Shown in pieces: positions 38,699-51,832 of a stretch of 64,000 bases of DNA. The stretch is taken from contig CM120646.1 of assembly GCA_051362555.1 (NCBI GenBank), positions 5,332,001 through 5,396,000 on the forward strand. Direction: 5' to 3'. The translations under genes were made by a program, and so were the position numbers. Numbering within the stretch: position 1 is the stretch's first letter; the number at the start of each line of letters is the position of its first letter. Source of the stretch: Lingula anatina. Its lineage: Eukaryota; Animalia; Brachiopoda. The notes under the pieces are model-generated. The model worked only from the letters and a program-made list of their open reading frames with translations, had not been told where the DNA came from and searched no databases.

Positions 38699-40893
38699 TT
38701 AGAGATTCCTTTCACATAAGGGCTTTAGGCTGAAAATTGGTCTAAATTTTATGCCACAATTTCAGTCTATTTTGACCGAAGATAAATCAATAGTAGTCCC
38801 AGTAGAATGACATGCTGCACTTGTTTTTAAATCTTTTTACAACAACAAAACCATGACTAATTTTTCAGGTCAGTGCTAACTTTATTTAGGTAGATCACTA
38901 TGAATACACCCAGTCTTGAACTAAAGAAGACCAAATTTTTAAGCTGAAATTCTTTTGGGAAACGCAGCCCCCAGGTCCAATAAAGTGTTAATGTGGCAAA
39001 ACGTTATAATGGTGATAAGAAAGGACAGCCAATATCAGATGTTCCTTGCCATCTCATATTGGAATTAATGTACACAGGGATGAATATCAGATTAGTTGAA
39101 AATTTAATTACGTTACCAAGCCCAGCACCGCATGAATTTTAACGCCTACCTTCAATAAATAGAGATATATCCAACTCAAAAACAGTCATAAAGTATTTTT
39201 GTTAAATCTTTAATATGAAAATTTGTCATTTTTCATTTGAGAAATACGTATTTTATGTTTGATTTTAATGTATTATTTTTAATAGATTAGGAACATAAAA
39301 ACCTAAAAATAGCATCTTCTTCAGGGGGTATTTTAGATTGTAAAATATCGTTTTTTATTTACTTATCATCATTACTTTTTACTTACCTATTTGTCATTAC
39401 TTTTTACTTACCTATTTGTCAATTAAGTTTATTTTTTATTATTGACATTGTTGAAAATTTTGAACTATTCTTCAACTCTGCACCACCCATTCCAGTTGAT
39501 TATACAGACACTTCATTGATCCAAAATAATTTCCATTAAAATGAGTCAAAATTTATACTAAGCGGACCTTTGTAATATTAATACCTAAAACAATCCATTT
39601 GTTACACAAATAACTCTGTAGAAAGCACAAGTGTAAATTTGAACAAAGACTTAACTTCCCCTCTCTAACTGCACAATGTGAGTGTTAAGAGCTTCAAGAA
39701 TTGGGTTTTAAGTGTTAAGTTTTTCAGAAAGATCTAAAGGCTTGCAGGGAGAGTTAAGTATTGTGCAAAAGGAAATGTTTTGATGAGCAGAGATATGGAT
39801 TCCCTGGGTTTTATCAATGCATAGGCTTTCAATGGAGGATGCTCCTGGTAAAATGTGTGGGCAAAAAGAAAGCTTTGGTCTGCTAAAAGGATAAAGGCTT
39901 GTATGTTTCTGCTTTCAAGCAACTCTGATCAAAAAGGAGCATCCATATTCAGTGTGAATTAATAAAAGAAGAAAAGAAAAGAGAAGAGGAAACTTAACAA
40001 GAAAGGCTGACTTGAGCCTTCAAAGCAGAATACATGATTGAAAAGTCTACGGATTTCACATAAAGAAAAGTTGGAGTGTGATCTTTTAAATGATTCATCA
40101 ACTGTATACTATGTTTATATTGAACAAAAAAATATACTCATTTTGGTTTTTAAATAACTCAAAATATAAGTTTTTTCCGCCTGTCCATGAAAAAAAATTA
40201 ATTTCTGCTAGATTTTACTTTTTTAAGCTGTTTCTAAACATTCCCCAAAATTGCTACCAACCCCTACCCCACCATTATGACTGTAAGTGAAATAGTATTC
40301 TGGGAAGAACATAGCTCCTCAGGCGTAAATGTTTTTTTCTTTGCTGTTTTTGTTTTTTATCTTTGAAATACTCATCTAACACTGTATAAAAGTCCCTATT
40401 TTGATGAATTTTAATAGCGAATCCAGACCAACCAAAAAGGCAGATCCCTTAGACCCATCCCGCCCTCCCTTAACCTCAACCAATATGAATATTTTATCAT
40501 TAAATTACATAAGTTAAAGCTGCTGATAAGGTAAAGCAATGAATATTCTATAAACATTAATGGATGAACTATTGCTCCCAGCCATTTGTAAAATGTTGTT
40601 CTTTTTTTCATAAAAAAAATTCAAAAGAAACTTACCTTATTTCATCAGCAGCATGCAGAAAGCTGAAGCGTTGAAAAACTAGAGGATCAGAGAGGCGATA
40701 CCGCCTCCGAATATTGTACCACCAGCTGGAGCAAGCGCATTCGTATAGACCCCCACATACACAAAATAAGGGGTGCAGCCACCAGTCTTGTGCTTGACAA
40801 GCTGTAAAAATGCAATCAACAAGAATTTTCAAAATATGCAAAAAATATATATAACTAAAAATGGTGCAATCAAAGTTAAGTTCATTGTAAGGT

Positions 40894-42460
40894 AGGTCAA
40901 AGGTCAATTTCAAGGTCACAGTAAATTGCCAGTATATGACTTCCTATCCAACTTCAATAGTAACTATGGACCTATCTCTGCCAGTTTTGGAGATAAAAGG
41001 GAAGCAAAATTTGCAAAGTTCAGTTCATGGTGAAAAGTAGGTCAAAGGTCAATTTCAAGGTCACAGTAAGATTGCCAGTATATGACTTCCTATTCAACTT
41101 CAATAGTAACTATGGACCTATCTCTGCCAGTTTTGGAGATAAAAGGGAAGCAAAATTTGCAAAGTTCAGTTCATGGTGAAAAGTAGGTCAAAGGTCAATT
41201 TCAAGGTCACATTTAGATTGCCAGTATATGACTTCCTATTCAACTTCAATAGTAACTATGGACCTATCTCTGCCAGTTTTGGAGATAAAAGGGAAGCAAA
41301 ATTTGCAAAGTTCAGTTCATGGTGAAAAGAAGGTCAAAGGTCAATTTCAAGGTCACAGTAAAATTGCCAGTATATGACTTCCTATGCAAGTTCAATAGTA
41401 ACTATGGACCTATCTCTGCCAGTTTTGGAGATAAAAGGGAAGCAAATTTTGCAAAGTTCAGTTCAAGGTGAAAAGTAGGTCAAAGGTCAATTTCAAGGTC
41501 ACAGTAAAATTGCCAGTATATGACTTCCTATTCAAGTTCAATAGTAACTATGGACCTATCTCTGCCAGTTTTGGAGATAAAAGGGAAGCAAAATTTGCAA
41601 AGTTCAGTTCATGGTGATAAGTAGGTCAAAGGTCAATTTCAAGGTCACAGTAAGATTGCCAGTATATGACTTCCTATTCAACTTCAATAGTAACTATGGA
41701 CCTATCTCTGCCAGTTTTGGAGATAAAAGGGAAGCAAAATTTGCAAAGTTCAGTTCATGGTGAAAAGTAGGTCAAAGGTCAATTTCAAGGTCACATAAAG
41801 ATTGCCAGTATATGACTTCCTATTCAACTTCAATAGTAACTATGGACCTATCTCTGCCAGTTTTGGAGATAAAAGGGAAGCAAAATTTGCAAAGTTCAGT
41901 TCATGGTGAAAAGAAGGTCAAAGGTCAATTTCAAGGTCACAGTAAAATTGCCAGTATATGACTTCCTATGCAAGTTCAATAGTAACTATGGACCTATCTC
42001 TGCCAGTTTTGGAGATAAAAGGGAAGCAAATTTTGCAAAGTTCAGTTCAAGGTGAAAAGTAGGTCAAAGGTCAATTTCAAGGTCACAGTAAAATTGCCAG
42101 TATATGACTTCCTATTCAAGTTCAATAGTAACTATGGACCTATCTCTGCCAGTTTTGGAGATAAAAGGGAAGCAAAATTTGCAAAGTTCAGTTCATGGTG
42201 ATAAGAAGGTCAAAGGTCAATTTCAAGGTCACAGTAAGATTGCCAGTATATGACTTCCTATTCAACTTCAATAGTAACTATGGACCTATCTCTGCCAGTT
42301 TTGGAGATAAAAGGGAAGCAAAATTTGCAAAGTTCAGTTCATGGTGAAAAGTAGGTCAAAGGTCAATGTCAAGGTCACAGTAAGATTGCCAGTATATGAC
42401 TTCCTATTCAACTTCAATAGTAACTATGGACCTATCTCTGCCAGTTTTGGAGATATAAGG
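40894..42460. repeat. 146-bp satellite array, about 10.7 copies, inside the HINE
   Basis: aggtcaaaggtcaatttcaaggtcac starts at 40894, 41039, 41185, 41331 ... 42061, 42207 and 42353. Confidence 0.97.
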
Positions 42461-42707
42461 GACTAAATGTTATAATTTTGGAGTTACCATAATGTGCCAT
42501 AAATTTCCTACAGAAAAAATTAATTAAAATAAAGAAAAGGTCATTTTGGTCAAAGTTCTTGAAATGGGAGGTTCTCTGAAGTTGCAGAAGTTTAAATTTG
42601 ATAAAATAATGTCATTTTTGACCACAAGTTGTCTGCTTTGCCAAGCATTATGTTTTATTTTTCCGGAGTTCAAAATTTATTATCCATTACCGTACTGCAC
42701 ATTTTTA

Positions 42708-42995
42708 CGGAAGCCGACTGGTGCCATATGTTGAAAAAAAAAATTATCTCGAAATTTCGAGATAGCATTTTTTTTGTTCAAATTTCAAAATACTATCTCG
42801 AAATTTCGAGATAAATTTTTTTGCTCAAATATCAAAATGCTATCTCGAAATTTCGAGATAATTTTTTTTTTGTTCAAATTTCAAAATGCTATCTCGAAAT
42901 TTCGAGATAAAAATTTTTTTTGTTCAAATTTCAAAATAGTATCTCGAAATTTCGAGATAATTTTTTTTTCTACATATGGCACCAGTCGGCTTCCG
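42708..42995. mobile_element. Tc1/mariner-type MITE nested in the HINE
   Basis: Perfect TIR cggaagccgactggtgccatatg / catatggcaccagtcggcttccg with TA on both sides; five internal tatctcgaaatttcgagata palindromes. Confidence 0.88.
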
Positions 42996-44556
42996 TACAT
43001 TTTCCTTTCACCACCAATATGTACTTTCTGATACAGCGTAACTCGAAAACCGTATGGAATACAAAAAAACCGAGACCACCTCCAGTGTTGGGCTTTACAT
43101 GCTCTACAAAATGCAAAAAAGAATGGGTCTCTAGCATTAACGGTTCCCGAATTAGAGACAGTTTTCAGTTTCGGTATCTTATGGCCGCTACTCCTGTGAA
43201 AATGCACCGATTGACCCCAAATTCACGGAGATGAAAGATGACCTGAAGGGTAACACTTTCCAATAATATTATTGGTTAAGTCTGTGTGGCGTCTGAATAA
43301 CAGGGCAAAAAAATTTTTTTTCGTAAAAAATTTCATTTTTTTGAAAATTTTGACCCATTTGACCTTGAAGTAAAGGTCAAAGGTCAAATCCGAGGGTATA
43401 TTTGAAATCTACACATATGACTTTTGGAAAGCCGTCTATAGAAATTTTTCCCGTAACTCCTTCTGTAGGGTAGATAATTAGCATTTAATTTTGCCATTTT
43501 TAGACAAGGGTGCATTGCAATGAGTGCCACACCCAGACCCCAATACCGACAAAGCCCAAATTTTACGTGGAACGAGTTGAGATTATAGGTGACCTAAATC
43601 CATGAGATGGGTACGGGGGCCCTTACCGTCTAGGAGGAGAAGCGGTAACGGTAACATGGCGGCGGAGCCGGCGGAACGGACCGGACGGGACCGAAACCAT
43701 GTGTACCGCCAGCGCTAACGCTGGTGGTAAATTTTTTTGTTCAAATTTCAAAATAGTATCTCGAAATTTCCACATAATTTTTTTTTCTACATATGGCACC
43801 AGTGGGCTTCCGTACATTTTCCTTTCACCACCAATATGTACTTTTTGATACAGCGTAACTCGAAAACCGTATGGAATACAAAAAAACCGAGACCACCTCC
43901 AGTGTTGGGCTTTACATGCTCTACAAAATGCAAAAAAGAATGGGTCTCTAGCATTAACGGTTCCCGAATTAGAGACAGTTTTCAGTTTCGGTATCTTATG
44001 GCCGCTACTCCTGTGAAAATGCACCGATTGACCCCAAATTCACGGAGATGAAAGATGACCTGAAGGGTAACACTTTCCAATAATATTATTGGTTAAGTCT
44101 GTGTGGTGTCTGAATAACAGGGCAAAAAATTTTTTTTTCGTAAAAAATTTCATTTTTTTGAAAATTTTGGCCCATTTGACCTTGAAGTAAAGGTCAAAGG
44201 TCAAATCCGAGGGTATATTTGAAATCTACACATATGACTTTTGGAAAGCCGTCTGTAGAAATTTTTCCCGTAACTCCTTCCGTAGGGTAGATAATTAGCA
44301 TTTAATTTTGCCATTTTTGGACAAGGGTGCATTGCAATGAGTGCCACACCCAGACCCCAATACCGACAAAGCCCAAATTTTACGTGGAACGAGTTGAGAT
44401 TATAGGTGACCTAAATCCATGAGATGGGTATGGGGGGCCTTACCGTCTAGGAGGAGAAGCGGTAACGGTAGCCGTCCGGCGGAGCCGGCGGAGCCGGCGG
44501 AACGATCCGGACGAGACCGAAACCATGTGTACCGCCAGCGCTAACGCTGGTGGTAC
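42912..44556. repeat. ~817-bp tandem duplication (half MITE plus HINE 5' end)
   Basis: Near-identical ORFs at 42920 and 43737; junction gctggtggta|aatttttttgttcaaa near 43729. Confidence 0.93.
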
Positions 44557-46411
44557 AATGAACATCAACTTCTTTTATCTTTGATGTTAAAATAGAAATT
44601 GTCCTGTACAACAGAAAACGATGTCCCGTTCAAGACAAAGAGCAAAACTAATGTCTGAATTCCCCCACTTTATCCACTGAACAGTAGAACTGTCACCTTA
44701 ATTTCCACATGTCACTTTAGAATACGGTCACTGACCACTCAAAAATGTCCACTGTGGTCACATCATGCTTTCAAAGAAGAAAAAAAAACTTGATGAATCA
44801 TATTGATAACAGATGCCAGACGGTCAGGCTCCTCTTCAGTCTGGTGTACACCTGTTGTATCTTCACCCAAGTGTCCACTTCAGCTGGTAAAACACACGGT
44901 CCCCTTCAAACAGGATAACTTAATACCTTCACATTGTGCATACAAACTGCTTTCTATTGTCCAATTTCCGTCACACAAATTCTACTTACAGCAGGTTTGC
45001 CTTGACAACCCGGATAATCAGTTTTATCCTTTCCCTTAGTGCACCCAACAATTAATCCCCAATTAGCTTCAATATTAAGCATCCAAGACAGGTGCCCCCT
45101 GTTGGTTCTTTTTCGTCACTGACGAGGATTTTTAATATATGGTAAGCAATATTCAGTTTCCTGGGCCCAAATATTAAGTATGGGGACCAAACATCTGGAT
45201 GGAGTCACTTTTTGAATGTTTTGATTGCCTAAGTGAGGCTCAATTTACCTTAACGTACCTTGCACAAACATTGATTGTGATTTAGTGCAAAGTGGGTGTA
45301 AACTTGGGGTTATTAGCATTGATGAAGGCAGGCCATGTTTTCAGATGAAATTCTTTGCGTAAATGTGCAGCATTGTGATTTGTTTACAGTCCGTTTGGCA
45401 AGAAAAACAAAGTGAAGCTGCACCAACAAAAGACCACTGCTTCATTAACATGATCAGAGTAAAAGCTCACATCAGATGATATTACGTATAAGACAACATG
45501 AACTGCTTCAACTTTTCTATAATCAAAATTGCTTACCAGTGACTGTGTTTGAAAAATTGTTTAAATCAAGTCGTTTTTCCCCAGGAAATAGTTGAAAAAA
45601 TATCAACTAGTATGTCTGTTATTGTCATTATATTTAAAAACTTTTCATGCTCACCTTGAAAACTTATAGAAACATACATGCCCATAATCAATTAACATAA
45701 TTAAAACATATTCCAAATTATAATCTCTGACATAGAAAGCATTAATAGAGTATAATGGTTTATTTCTTTAAGATTTTTTCCTGATACTTATAAAAAGGAA
45801 TAAGATCTTGAGTAAATATTCCAAATAAAAACAGATGTCACTAGATCTCTTTGCATAAAGATGTTCATCAGTTGCTTGTGATTCAACTGCAAAGTTACCA
45901 CAACATTCAATATTGGTCATTGTTTTTATGTTCAGTAATAATACAGACTCATTTACTGCAGAAACCAATATTAATCACCAAGGCAAATCATGGACAATAA
46001 TTTAGACTAATTCTCCTTTTTCAAATCAGTTTCAGCAAGATTGTGTTAGTTGAGACAGGTCAGATTGTGCTGTACAAGATCGTCTGGTTGAGAGTGAAGC
46101 TGTAGGTTAAAAGTTGTCAGCAGAAGCCCCTACATACTTCATAATATCAATCTACAAATGTGAGTGCTCAGAAATATTCAAAATATTTTCTTTACTGTTG
46201 CTAAAAATATAGAAAAGAAGTTAATAGAATGAGGAGGAAGAAGAACTGAAGTTCATCATTTTTGAGAAACTTCACCATAATTTCCAGTGTTACAAGAGTG
46301 GAGAGTCATCCAACCTAGAATGTCATAAACCATATCAGCTGTTTTCTCATATTACCTGACTTTACACAATCTAGATTGTAGATTGACCCCAAAACCTGAC
46401 CTTGACGACAC

Positions 46412-49140
46412 TTAGGTCTGACCTTCGCCTTTTGCCTGGTCTTTATCTTCAACAGGTCTAAGACCTCTGATAGTAACATCATATACAACTTCCTCCACTT
46501 TCTTCAGATCATATTTGAGGGCATCAAACCTTTTACGTAGTGAGTCATTTTTAAGATTTAACAGTCTGAACCCGGAGTCCAATTCTCCGACAAATTTGGC
46601 AATTCTCATAGGACGGCCATAATCTCCAGCAGTAACAGAGTTGACAGCAAGGCGGGACTGGAAAAACATAAAATAAATAAATAAACATATCTGTATTTAA
46701 CAGACTAAGTGGTGACCTGTTTAAATGTCCAAGAAATCTTCTCTATGTAACAAAAATATATGGTTAAAAAAATAAATAAATACAAAAATAATCAAAAAGA
46801 TTAATATTTTTACTTTTTTTAATGTTAAGATAATAAAAACCCAATATGTAACAATCAGAAGTGAAAATTGACTTTCATCTGTAATTATCATACAGGCAAA
46901 AAGCAAATAAAATTCAAATACTGAAAAATCGTCAAAGAAACAAAGGTCACATATTTCATAAAATTAATCACAATTCTTCAGAATTCATCTCTCTTACTAA
47001 TTATAAGTAATGTGAAAACTACTTCCAGATCTTACCAGTTCACTTGCCAGCTGCAATAGTCCCATCAAGAAGTCATCCAAATCAATATGGAACCCTTCTC
47101 CTCTGATAACTTTCACTGGAAAATAAATCTTTGACATTTAAATATGCTAAAATAAATATATATATTTTAATAAAACAATGCTCCTTTCATTCCTTGTATG
47201 ATTTTGGTAAGTTAAAAAATTTCTGCATGAAACATGATAGTAAAAATCACAAATAATGTAAAATCAGCAGGCAAAAAATCCCCTATGCATACAAGTCTTA
47301 CCTGAGAGCCTATGACCTCTAACTTGGTAAATCACATTGAATTGAACTGCCTTTTTTTTCTTATAAACATAAATTCATTTTCTATGAAAAAAATCTGTAT
47401 CATAAACCACATACACATAAACCTACAATCTTCACTGTATGGAAACCTTTGGTGGCATAAAACTCAACTGCAATATATTTATAAAATTCAATTACACATT
47501 TTCTCAAAAGTAAAAAAAAAATTCTCATTTGAACAAAATGAAATCATAAAAGGATATATGCTATAATATCTTACCTTGTAATACACTGGCTACCTCCTCC
47601 CTAGTAACAAGTGTCTCCTGTTCCAAGTAATGAATATATGCTATAATAAAGACAAGTCTTTGACTCACAAACCTCCAGTGGTCATGGTATCTGAAAATAA
47701 TAAAAAAAAACCTTAATACTGTTTACTAGAAGACTACAGACAGGGTTTGCATACTTTTAGTAATTATGTTATTAAAATATTTTAAAAAATATTTTGGATG
47801 TCATGCATATCACATATGACTTCACAGAATACAGAAGAGAGTGGCAAAAGAAAGAATGGCAAAGTAGCATGTGCAGTGCAACAATGAATAAAAGCTGATT
47901 TACTGCACCCATGAATATTTCTCTGATCCTTTTCTCTAAGGTCTTGTGAATTACAATCTATTGCACACTAGTGCAATTTTACCATGTTTTGTATCTTGCT
48001 TTAATTAGTATTTTTAGCTATATGGAAATCCAAGTGCAAAAAGTTTTGCCCTTATTGCAAAATAGTTTACCCAACCTTCAGTGGATTATTTATTTATTTA
48101 TTTTTATTTATTTATTTTTTTTTTCTGTCATGCATAACATCACACAGTGCAGAAAGCCTCATTTTAGGCTAGCTTAGATGATTTTTAAAAATTAAATTAA
48201 AATTAAACATTTGATAGGACTGTACCTGTAATATTCATCCTTGGGGATCTTGGCTGCTAAATCTGCTAGCTGCTGTCTTATCACTGGGAACATGGCTCTG
48301 CTTTTAGCACACACATCAGATACTGGGGAGATAATGTCAGCATTTCATGCATCATACTAATCAAGTTTAACACCTTATCAGAATTAGAAAGACTAAATAA
48401 TTATCACTGAAAACAAAATAGCCATTTCTAAACTAACCCTGAATATGTACAAAAGTTAAATTCACAAATTTGGTCTTTTTTGAATGTGGATTAAAATTGT
48501 GAATAATGGTGTACTTCTTTTTCATTCATCTATTATTTTTCACCTTAGAATGAAGTTATAAATCATGCATCTCTTTCACAATAACTGACAGAGTCCAGAG
48601 CCAACTTTTGTAGCTAAGGTTTTTACTTTAATAAATAGGACTGTTTCATATAATCACAGGAATACTCAGATACCACATTGTACAAATAATAATAATAATA
48701 CAATTGCAGTGTTTATTATAATAAGAACTCGATCTTGTCAATGTTGGGAAATTGTGAATTTTAGAGATATTGTATTTTTCAAGTCATAATTTCTTGAAAT
48801 TAGAGCATTCCTATCGAGTGCTAGCAACAAAATTAAAACCAGGTTACTCTATACTGCAGTACTTCCATTCTGTGCAGTAAGAGCATCACAGAAATATAAT
48901 TTTTGAGATTATAAAATTATGCATCTGAAAGTTTGATAATTTTTGCCCATTGAAAAAAATGAGTCATTACTGTACCTACCATGTTTTATTCCCTCAGGCT
49001 GGTGCACAGACTGCAGGACTGTCAGCACTTCTCTAGCTGACTGCTCTAATGTTCGTACCAGCACACGGATTTCCTGAACACAAAAAGCTCTTTTAACAAT
49101 CTTATAAGAGTGCTTCATGCGTCTCATGCATTACTGTGTG

Positions 49141-49171
<31 letters not shown>

Positions 49172-49415
49172 TTGTGTGTCTGTGTTAATCTTCATCCAAA
49201 TACCGTGTAGAGTCAATCACTTTCAAGAATCAGTGAATGCCAATGAACTACCAGAAGAGTACTTGTCATAAAAATATATTTAAATCATGATTAAGAAAGT
49301 ATAAATAAGCAATTAACAAGGAAATCTTGGAACCAACCTCTCTCATATCTTGCTCTTTTGTTATATAGTCCTGAAAAGAGGAAAAAATGTCCTGGGGCGA
49401 CTTGTTTTCTGTCAT
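46412..49415 (-). CDS. TSN: Translin, 6 exons: 49415-49338, 49073-48980, 48322-48226, 47690-47575, 47115-47036, 46657-46412 (711 nt, 236 aa)
   Basis: MTENKSPQDIFSSFQDYITKEQDMREEIR...YYRYHDHWRFVSQRLVF...GFHIDLDDFLMGLLQLASELSRLAVNSVTAGDY...GFRLLNLKNDSLRKRFDALKYDLKKVEEVVYDVTIRGL are hallmark translin motifs. All introns are GT-AG with consistent phases. Confidence 0.96.
49145..49184. repeat. (TG)n microsatellite in translin intron 1
   Basis: Visible run. Confidence 0.9.
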
Positions 49416-51724
49416 CGCTGCCTGAAATTTCGATCCACATGTATCAGCTCGGTAATTAGGTCAAGTGTAGGTCCGCACTTTACAGTCCGAATCGTCATTT
49501 CGATTTATAAGAAAAATTAAAAATTAAAGTAATTTTTTAAAAACTGTTTCAGAAAAAAAAATTGTTAGTTATAGAAGGTGACGTGTTTTTTTTTTAAGTG
49601 CATTAAGTGACACGGCATTTAAACTGTCACGTATGTTACCTCGTTCGTAAGTCACGCAGACGATGCCTTAACGGGGTAAACAGTGTTTAGGCCTACTCTA
49701 TATTCTTACAGCAGTAAAATACATATTCTGGTGCTTAGGCTACTGAGAGTACTGCCCGTCCCTTCTGTTTAGTTGGGACACCACGTTTCTTTGGTGGCCG
49801 AACGGAGACCATTAATGCAATATTACAAAATGCTTCATAGCAAAATCACCACCAATTTTATAATCTTTTACTGTAAAATAAAATACCAAATTTTTCGGGG
49901 TCCTTCAGAGGGGGGAGGTCAGCTAAGCATCTGCGGACCCTCCCCCTACCTTCAAATAACCCTGAATCCGCCCCTGAGTAAAAAAGGTTTTTAAAAAGGT
50001 TTTTAAAAAACCTTTTGGATAATATTCGCACCTTATTGATACGAACAAAAATTAGACTGCGCTAAAGGGGTATTACGAGATGCACATTTATTTCACTGAC
50101 ACATTTTGTCATCAACTTTACAATAACTGTTTTCACAGTCTAGCTGAAGATCAATTACAATGCCTGTTAGCGAAGTTTTTGCAAATTACAGCTATGAGAA
50201 GGCAGCTTCGTCTAAAACAATTAATTAACTGTGTCTTGTCTTGTTGTCGCTATTCATGGATTTAACTGAACTGAAGATTCTTTAAATGACTAAAATATTA
50301 CAAAAACATCAAACAACTAAAAATAATGATCTGCGGCAAAAGACCTCAGGCATTTTTTCTCGATTTTTAAAAGCGAGGTGACACGTACCGCAACGTATAG
50401 TAGCGGTGATCTATTTAAATAAACGTAAACAAAGGCATTTTCTAAATCATCATACTCGCTTCTTGATTCTGTACTTAAGTGAAAATAAACTAGATCGATT
50501 GGAGAATGTGAGATGGCGCTGCGAACAACAGTAACGATGATTTAATTTTTAGTCCGTTCATGTTTTTCAACGAAAACATTCATAATAAGAAATTGACCAT
50601 TAAAATGTAAGCCCTTTCAGCAAGTTAAGTTGTATGCTCGCCAGTGAGATGTGTAATGATGGCCACTCAGACTTATAACAATGTTAAAACACGTGCAGTT
50701 TTCAACTAAGGTTTAAGGGGACAAAGTAAACGTATAAATGTGAAATGTTTAATTTCAATTTTTATCTTATTGCCTTATTCATTATTTTTCCTTTTTTTTC
50801 TCTATTCATGCTACTGGTATCAGAGTAGTGGCAACACAGAGCCATGAAGGGAGGCGTCCGTTGTTAATAAGTGGTGGATTTGGGGGGGGGGGAGTGGGTC
50901 AGGACCTTACGATTTCTGAAAAAAAATCACACCAGTGAAAATAGAATTTTGACTAGCTGAATCATAGTTCTAAACCGTACCAAATGGCACCGTTCGCCCT
51001 CTTAAATACCAAATAATTCCTGGGCCCTTCAGGGGGCCATGAAACCCACGCCAAGGGGGGGGGGGGGTCGGCTTCTCATCCGCGGACCCCCCTTCAAAAA
51101 TTCTGGATCCGCCCCTGATTACTATATCAGTCGATGTTTTATACGCAAAAATATTCATTTGTTTCTACTACCTGGTATAAGTTAATCAAGATTTTTCATG
51201 TGACCTGCTGCTGGTTTTCTTTGTTTCACAATTACTTGTTGTTCATTTTTCAGAGTAACAAATCAGTCGATTGTAAAATGTGTTTTAGAGCACTGAGGTG
51301 GCTGTATATGGCAAGTCCAGCGTACTTTCAATGTGACTCATTACAATTCACTACAATGGAAACAACCATGTTCCCTCAGGCTGCCTCGAAAATGCACTCA
51401 CTTTACGCCCTATTACATTATCCACATTTTGATCATTGTTGGAATACACACGTACTATTGTGACGTGGCCTGCGAGAAGTTCAGTTTAACGGACATCGTG
51501 TCTATTATAATTTTGGGGAGAAGGTATGTTTAATCAGCAATTGTCATCAAATTTGCCTGTACATTTCGAAGTCACTGCTTAGTTTCTATTACTCTTATAT
51601 TAAAATAAAGTGATAAACAGAATAATCAAAATAAAAATAGTAAATAAAAAGTGTATGTTAGTTAGATCTTATAATCAATTTTCCGCATCACTATCAAACG
51701 CCATTCCCTATGAACAAGTTGACC

Positions 51725-51806
51725 ATTGGTGACAACAGGAACGCCACCACGTGACAATATATCACTGAAGGTATAAAAGCGCGAATTTTTGAAATTGCGT
51801 TCATTC
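51725..51806 (+). promoter_or_regulatory. RNA Pol II core promoter: reverse CCAAT (51725), E-box CACGTG (51748), TATAAAAG (51772), Inr TCATTC (+1 about 51803)
   Basis: The first T of the TATA box sits at -31 from the Inr A and the CCAAT box at about -78, both canonical positions. The sequence becomes GC/CpG-richer from here. Confidence 0.7.
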
Positions 51807-51832
51807 AACGCAGACAGATCTGGAGCAACAAG

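Larger units (their letters stand above)
40677..44558 (-). mobile_element. 3.9-kb HINE / non-autonomous Helentron-like element
   Basis: On the minus strand: 5' palindrome ttgtaccaccagcgttagcgctggcggtac, a CCG-rich microsatellite and internal arrays. The 3' subTIR (plus-strand ttgtaccaccagc at 40714-26) is the perfect inverse of 44546-58. It is followed by the hairpin gaggcg-gtat-cgcctc and CTAG-TTTT. Confidence 0.82.

Noticed and set aside
42774-44051. Duplicated 85-133 aa ORFs as transposase or captured gene
   Set aside because: No DDE, Rep or helicase motifs; they are by-products of the MITE and the 817-bp duplication.
49145-49184. (TG)n in translin intron 1 as an autoregulatory translin-binding site
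   Set aside because: Translin does bind single-stranded GT/GU repeats, but the sense transcript here reads (CA)n and such microsatellites are common in this window.
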